Shown piece after piece: positions 59,070 to 64,000 of a stretch of 64,000 nt of DNA. Under the pieces are notes generated by a model, which was given only the letters and a program-made list of their open reading frames with translations, was not told the DNA's origin and did no database searches. The translations under genes and the position numbers were made by a program. Within the stretch, counting starts at the first letter, position 1; every line of letters begins with the position of its first letter. Source of the stretch: a virus; the IMG/VR virus record IMGVR_UViG_3300010397_000005, positions 8,934 through 72,933 of that record; one strand, 5' to 3'.

Positions 59070-59584
59070 GTAGTTCGCGGTACAAAGATTTCAGTGCGGT
59101 GCTGACTAAGGCCGGAGTGCCCACGAGTGGAGTCCTGCAAGTTGAGACAGCGGTAGTAGTAGGAACGATCACGCTCGGAGGGAACGCGAAGTTCACCGTC
59201 ACCGCGGCAGGTATGACAGGTTCGCCGAAGGACATCTCAGTTGCGGTTGCGCTGAACGACACAGCGGCGCAAGTGGCGGGTAAAGCACGTGCAGCCCTCG
59301 CGGCTGACGATGACGTGACCGTGCTGTTTTCAGTAGGCGGCACCGGAGCGAATGTTGCCCTCACTCGGCTGGAGTCGAAAGCTAACGACGGCACATTGAA
59401 CATCGCCTACGACAACGACACCTGCACCGGACTGACGCCTGACGCTACTTCGACTCACTCAGTAGCCGGGGTGAAGGGCGATTACAAAGGAGTGATCGCG
59501 GGGAACATCGTCGTCGATACCACGAATCACGACTTATACGAGAACACGGGAGACGCGACGCGGCCAGTTTGGACGGTAATATGA
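59066..59584 (+). CDS. Second probable decoration protein
   Basis: C-terminal VVDTTNHDLYENTG...PVWT parallels the 58213 protein. Confidence 0.6.
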   Translation: MSSSRYKDFSAVLTKAGVPTSGVLQVETAVVVGTITLGGNAKFTVTAAGMTGSPKDISVAVALNDTAAQVAGKARAALAADDDVTVLFSVGGTGANVALTRLESKANDGTLNIAYDNDTCTGLTPDATSTHSVAGVKGDYKGVIAGNIVVDTTNHDLYENTGDATRPVWTVI

Positions 59585-59743
59585 CATACGAATGGGATAT
59601 CCCGTGTAAGACCTGCGGCGGCAAGGTAAATCTGTATAACTATCTCATGGGCAAACCTTGCCCTCCCGGACAGGAGAATCGGATTTGTAGAGCTTGCGAC
59701 TTCGGGGAAAGCGAATGCACGTGTAAGCCTGAGAAGTAGTGAT

Positions 59744-60271
59744 ATGGCACTGGACGCGACAGTTGGCGGCGTGAACTCGAACTCGTACCCGACTCTTGAG
59801 TACGCGAATTTGTTATTTGAAAACTTCCTCCTGCCGAACGCGTGGGACTCAGCCGTGCCTGACGATCAGGAACGCGCACTGATGACGGCGACGCAGTGGC
59901 TGGAGGAATACGACTACGTCGGACGCGCGGCAACTCTGACACAGGCACTGAAGTGGCCGAGGTTTGGAATTGACGACGAGTTGATCCTCGGGCTCTACGA
60001 CGAAACGGAAATGCCCGTACCGCTGCTGAATGCAGCCTGCGAACTGGCTTATTACCTGCTCAGTTTGGGCGCGGTAGGGGGAGTAGCCGCGCTGGCTACC
60101 GGAGTTGGGCCAGTGGGTTCTTTGAAGATCGGCAATTCAGTTGAGGTAAAGTACACGCAACAGTCCTCGACAGCTACCGCCGTCACTGCGCCGACAACTG
60201 ATTCAAGCGGCTTGCCGATTCACGTGGCGCGGCTATTGCGCGGGTTGAGATTGCCTGTGGTGATTGCATGA
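59744..60271 (+). CDS. Head-tail adaptor (DnaT-like family)
   Basis: NSNSYPTLEYA, ERALMTAT..L, G......QALKWPR, P..L.NA.CELA. Confidence 0.8.
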   Translation: MALDATVGGVNSNSYPTLEYANLLFENFLLPNAWDSAVPDDQERALMTATQWLEEYDYVGRAATLTQALKWPRFGIDDELILGLYDETEMPVPLLNAACELAYYLLSLGAVGGVAALATGVGPVGSLKIGNSVEVKYTQQSSTATAVTAPTTDSSGLPIHVARLLRGLRLPVVIA

Positions 60272-60403
60272 GGTATCGCACTGTCTTCGATGATGCTGAG
60301 TGGATATTGGAGATGCGCCAATGGCTGCCGTGGTACGAGCGCTATGGACCAGAGTTTCGGGAAGTAATGTATCGCTATCCAATAGAGAGGAAGTTACCAC
60401 CGG

Positions 60404-60793
60404 ATGATTCCAGCGGTTCTCATTGCTCAGGCTAAGGTGCTGGCTGAACAGTATCTCCCCGACTCGTGTGCGATACAGGAATTGACAACGGTGAACGATG
60501 GTTCAGGTGGATTCCGTGAGGAGTGGGCCACGCTCGAAACAGTTCCCGGCTTGGTCGAAGCGGTTGATGACGCCGAAGTAGTGATTGGCAATGCTCCCCG
60601 AGGCGTGGTGACTCAGAAGCTTTACTTGCGAGTCACCCCAATCACGCAGGCCATTCAGACCAGTCAGCGCATCGTAGTCGCACCGCGGGACGGCAAAAGA
60701 GAGTTGGTGTTCAGCCAGTTGAAGCGACTGGATGAATCGTTTGAAGCTTTGGTTACAGTCGCTGGAGTAATTGATGTCAGCAATCCTGAATAG
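60404..60793 (+). CDS. Head closure protein
   Basis: DSCAIQ...NDGSGG...EW; synteny. Confidence 0.65.
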   Translation: MIPAVLIAQAKVLAEQYLPDSCAIQELTTVNDGSGGFREEWATLETVPGLVEAVDDAEVVIGNAPRGVVTQKLYLRVTPITQAIQTSQRIVVAPRDGKRELVFSQLKRLDESFEALVTVAGVIDVSNPE

Positions 60794-61229
60794 TTGTATT
60801 CCCCAGATTCGTCAACGGATGCATCGCTCGATGGCGGTGGGCTTACATCGAGCGGCGGATTCGCATGTCGCAGTGGCCCAGCAGATTGCTCCGCGTGACA
60901 CCGGACTGATGGCTGACACGACGCACAAAGAGCCGGAGGAGTTGCAGGTGAATGACGTGAGTCGCGTGCGAGTTGATGTAATCGCGCCGCAGCCTTACTC
61001 GGGGTTTATTGAGTTCGGCACGGTGCGACAGGAGCCACAGCCGTGGTTCTTACCGTCGTTTGAAGCGGCGAAAGTACAGTACAAGGCGGAAGCGAAGTCC
61101 GTCACTGAGACAGTACTGAAAGGCGGAACGCCACCCGTGACGACAATCGGTTCACGACGATCAACGACGCAGCGTACTGGTCCGGTAGCAGGCGTGGTGC
61201 GGAAAGTGAGAGGAGGCGGTGGTGAGTGA
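60771..61229 (+). CDS. HK97 gp10-like tail component
   Basis: APRDTGLM, YSGFIEFGT..QEPQPWFLPSF. Confidence 0.8.
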   Translation: MMSAILNSCIPQIRQRMHRSMAVGLHRAADSHVAVAQQIAPRDTGLMADTTHKEPEELQVNDVSRVRVDVIAPQPYSGFIEFGTVRQEPQPWFLPSFEAAKVQYKAEAKSVTETVLKGGTPPVTTIGSRRSTTQRTGPVAGVVRKVRGGGGE

Positions 61230-61404
61230 GGAAAAGTTGAATATGTTTTTATGCGAACTAACTGAATTATCGCTGAAGCACGGTCTCGGAATCAACGAAG
61301 GCGGTGTGCTGTACGAACTGGAATCCGACGATTACGAGCGCCATTATTCCTGCGATGACGAGAGCAAGATCAATTTTGTTTGATGGGTACTGCACGAGAC
61401 AACG

Positions 61405-61905
61405 GTGAATGAACTACCCGCAGCAGAGAACTGGTTGCATGACAAGCTCGCGAGCGATAGTGAGATTGCGTCAGTCGTCAGTGCGCGTATCTACAAATAC
61501 GCCTTGCCCCAGTCTCCAATCTACCCACTTGTCATCTACTCCCTTGCCTCTGACTCCGACTTCCAAGGACTGGGCACGGTGCGCATTCTCACGCGCCCGC
61601 TCTATCTCGTCAAAGTCATTAGCAAAGGCAGTCCGAGTTCTTTGGTCAATCTCGCAGCGGATCGCATCGACGAGATCGTGGGTAAGACAACTAAGGACAC
61701 TTTCGTCTCGACTGCGGGCGATATGTTCGCCGTCAGCTCGCGACGGGAGGCTGCCGTACAATTCATGGAGCGCGATCCAGCTCTCGCAGGCAATCTTTAC
61801 TTCCATCTCGGCGGCTTATATCGACTGGAAATATTCAGTCTGGGACGGAAAGTGGTTGACATGGGCGACTCCGTCAATTTGAACGATTCGATTAGCGTAG
61901 TTTAA
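61405..61905 (+). CDS. Tail terminator/completion protein (DUF3168-like)
   Basis: L..D.EIASVV.ARIY...PQ...YPLVIY. Confidence 0.75.
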   Translation: MNELPAAENWLHDKLASDSEIASVVSARIYKYALPQSPIYPLVIYSLASDSDFQGLGTVRILTRPLYLVKVISKGSPSSLVNLAADRIDEIVGKTTKDTFVSTAGDMFAVSSRREAAVQFMERDPALAGNLYFHLGGLYRLEIFSLGRKVVDMGDSVNLNDSISVV

Positions 61906-61916
61906 GGAGACACTCG

Positions 61917-63257
61917 ATGGCCCTACTTGATGTCAGAGCAGCAGTTGATACCATCCTGCAAATTGGCGTGGAGCGTGAGTACGGCGTGCGAGTGGCGGCG
62001 ACGCGGCGTCTGCCCGGCGTCAACATCTCCCTCAACCCGCAAGCCGAGTTTCAACTGTTCCGGGCGCGCGGCTTCAATATCCCCACTACCTCCGTGCCGC
62101 AGAAGATGTGGGCCAACGGCACATGGAACGGCATTGCTGATTACAATCAGGTGGTCTACCCGTTAAGCGGACTGATCGGCCTGCAATCAACTGGGCCAGA
62201 CACGCCAATGGGCGCGACGAACGCACGAAGCTGGTTATTTGCGCCAGTCTCGTCCGGTCGAGATCCGTTCCCCGTTTCGTTCACGATCGAGGAAGGTGAC
62301 GAGGACGCGGTGCAGGTGGGAGAAGGGCTGAAGTTCTCATCGTTCGGGCTGGAGTGGACTAACGACGCCTCGAATATGACCGGAAACTTGTTCGCGCGTT
62401 TTCCGATTGACAATGAACCGCTCACCACCAAGACAGACGAAGAACAGGCGATCACCAAATCCGGCACGGTTACGTCGGGGAACTTTACGATCACCTACTC
62501 AGCCCAGACCACTACTGCGATTGACTTCGATGCAACTGCCGCTGAGATCCGGACTGCACTTGAAGCGCTCTCGAATATCGCGCCCGGAGATGTCGTGGTC
62601 ACAGGCGGGCCAATTTCCACCACCCCGATCATCATCATCTTTCAAGGTACGCTCGCTGCCACCAACCAGACGCAGGTAACAGTTGATTCGACTGGCCTCG
62701 TCGGCGGCGGCACCTACGTTCCTTCGACCCTGACCGCAGGCGGCGCAGATGTTTCCTCGATCCCGCAATCTCCCGTCAGCCGCATGCACGTAGATATCTT
62801 CGTCGATGACACGTTCGGGGCGCTGGGCACAACTAAAGTGACGCAGGCTTACGCAGGCGACTTCCGCATCGGCGACAAAGTGCAGCCCTTTTGGGCGCTG
62901 AATACCGACTATGATTCATTCCAGTCAACAGTGAGATTAGCCGCTGATGTGACCGCTTCATTCTCAACTCCACATAACGCGCAATCCCGAGCACTCTACA
63001 ACGCAGTCCGTAGCAACCCGTGGAAGTGGGTACGACTGCTCGCAACTGGGAACGAGATCGATACTGGCGTGAACAATGAGACGATCCGCGTGGATGTTGC
63101 GTGCAAGTTCGGCAATCCCGAGAAGCAGGAAGATGCGAATGGGGTGTTTGGTTACAAGTTCAACTTCAACTCGCTGCACAACGCGGATTTCACGTCTGAG
63201 CACGCGAGCGGGGCAGCGTATGAGATCGAGGTGATCAACTCGCTGACGGCACTGTGA
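61917..63257 (+). CDS. Major tail tube protein with inserted domain
   Basis: QIGVE.EYG, SFTIEEG, EIEVINS motifs; synteny; AAGGAG RBS. Confidence 0.75.
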   Translation: MALLDVRAAVDTILQIGVEREYGVRVAATRRLPGVNISLNPQAEFQLFRARGFNIPTTSVPQKMWANGTWNGIADYNQVVYPLSGLIGLQSTGPDTPMGATNARSWLFAPVSSGRDPFPVSFTIEEGDEDAVQVGEGLKFSSFGLEWTNDASNMTGNLFARFPIDNEPLTTKTDEEQAITKSGTVTSGNFTITYSAQTTTAIDFDATAAEIRTALEALSNIAPGDVVVTGGPISTTPIIIIFQGTLAATNQTQVTVDSTGLVGGGTYVPSTLTAGGADVSSIPQSPVSRMHVDIFVDDTFGALGTTKVTQAYAGDFRIGDKVQPFWALNTDYDSFQSTVRLAADVTASFSTPHNAQSRALYNAVRSNPWKWVRLLATGNEIDTGVNNETIRVDVACKFGNPEKQEDANGVFGYKFNFNSLHNADFTSEHASGAAYEIEVINSLTAL

Positions 63258-63492
63258 TGATTCTATTGATTCTTGTCATTGTCGCGCTGGTTGGATATTT
63301 AGCACTGAACGAGAGCTACGTGCGACTGCGCGAAATGTGCCGTGTTACTTACTTTGCTGCATTGCTCGTGCTCCTGTTCCAGTACGGCAGTTATTTCAAT
63401 TCCACGATCAAGGAAGTAATTCGCTAAAAAGACGCGAATCAACAGTTAACTCATTGACCGGACTCTGGACAGTCCGCGTAATTAGGAGACAA

Positions 63493-64000
63493 ATGGATGT
63501 TTTAGAATTTCAAGCCAACCCTGTCACTGAAACTTTCACTCGTCATGGTAAGTCGATGAGCGTGACTTTCAACACTGACGCCTTCACCCCTGATTTCTTT
63601 CGCAGTGCCGCGCAGATGTTTCGCGATATTCATCGTGGGGCTAAGGCTGGTGACGAGCAGGCGACTGAGGCGTTCAAACGCGCGAAGAAGGACGAGAATG
63701 AGAAATCTGCTCTAGGCTTCGAGGCGCAAGCTCGTCGACTGGAAATCCAGCGCGAAATCTACGCACGGCTCCTTGTGGGCACGCCTGATACCCCCGTCCT
63801 CATGGACTGGGAGTTGACGCGCAACGGCGAGATGATTCCGATTACTTACGATGAACTCAGCCGTCTCCACCCTGACTTCGTGCAGGATTTGTACAACTGC
63901 TGCCTGGAGCACTCAATCCCAAAATCGCCGGAGATCCCAACGACAGCAGCCAGCCAGACGATCTCCGAGACTACCGCCGCTGGCTCACCCACCCCGGCAA
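63493..64000 (+). CDS. Tail assembly chaperone, 3'-truncated by window edge
   Basis: AGGAG RBS; open frame MDVLEFQANP...DWELTRNGEMIPI...IPK to the window end; in-frame C CCA AAA at 63918-63924. Confidence 0.65.
   Translation, partial: MDVLEFQANPVTETFTRHGKSMSVTFNTDAFTPDFFRSAAQMFRDIHRGAKAGDEQATEAFKRAKKDENEKSALGFEAQARRLEIQREIYARLLVGTPDTPVLMDWELTRNGEMIPITYDELSRLHPDFVQDLYNCCLEHSIPKSPEIPTTAASQTISETTAAGSPTPA

Noticed and set aside
1-64000. Integrase, reverse transcriptase/DGR, DNA polymerase, recoded genetic code
   Set aside because: No matching motifs seen, no adenine-specific repeat pair noticed, and core genes are intact in the standard code. Genes outside the window cannot be excluded.

Overview
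The window is most of a tailed dsDNA phage genome (HK97-fold capsid, siphovirus-like tail genes), apparently circularly permuted: it opens inside a distal tail gene and ends inside the tail assembly chaperone. Layout: tail and putative lysis cassette (1-6.6 kb, +); a long minus-strand early arm (7-32 kb) with an adenine MTase, an HNH nuclease, RusA, SSB, a Sak4-like ATPase, a PD-(D/E)XK exonuclease, a Pif1-like helicase and dozens of small ORFs; a plus-strand D5/P4-type helicase followed by a mirror-symmetric 12-iteron origin; terS and terL separated by inverted accessory genes (including rmlC); a fibre/glycosylation block; then an intein-containing portal, protease, capsid, decoration, head-tail and tail genes. 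I see no integrase, reverse transcriptase, CRISPR array, intact tRNA or canonical endolysin. Best leads: (1) a lysis-position cassette with a stand-alone FixL-like PAS protein coupled to a CTG-started membrane protein, a Tat lipoprotein and a beta-helix/SH3 protein; (2) several structured non-coding elements, including a ~270 nt nested ncRNA candidate, an rrn-like boxA/processing stem around an early ORF, RBS-occluding stems and a tRNA 5'-half with a pseudoknot; (3) a stand-alone IleRS-type zinc finger; (4) a 17-aa ORF repeating the terminase C-terminus; (5) a 1457-aa Asp-repeat fibre whose repeat unit recurs on other proteins. All calls come from reading motifs by eye; no database search or folding program was run.
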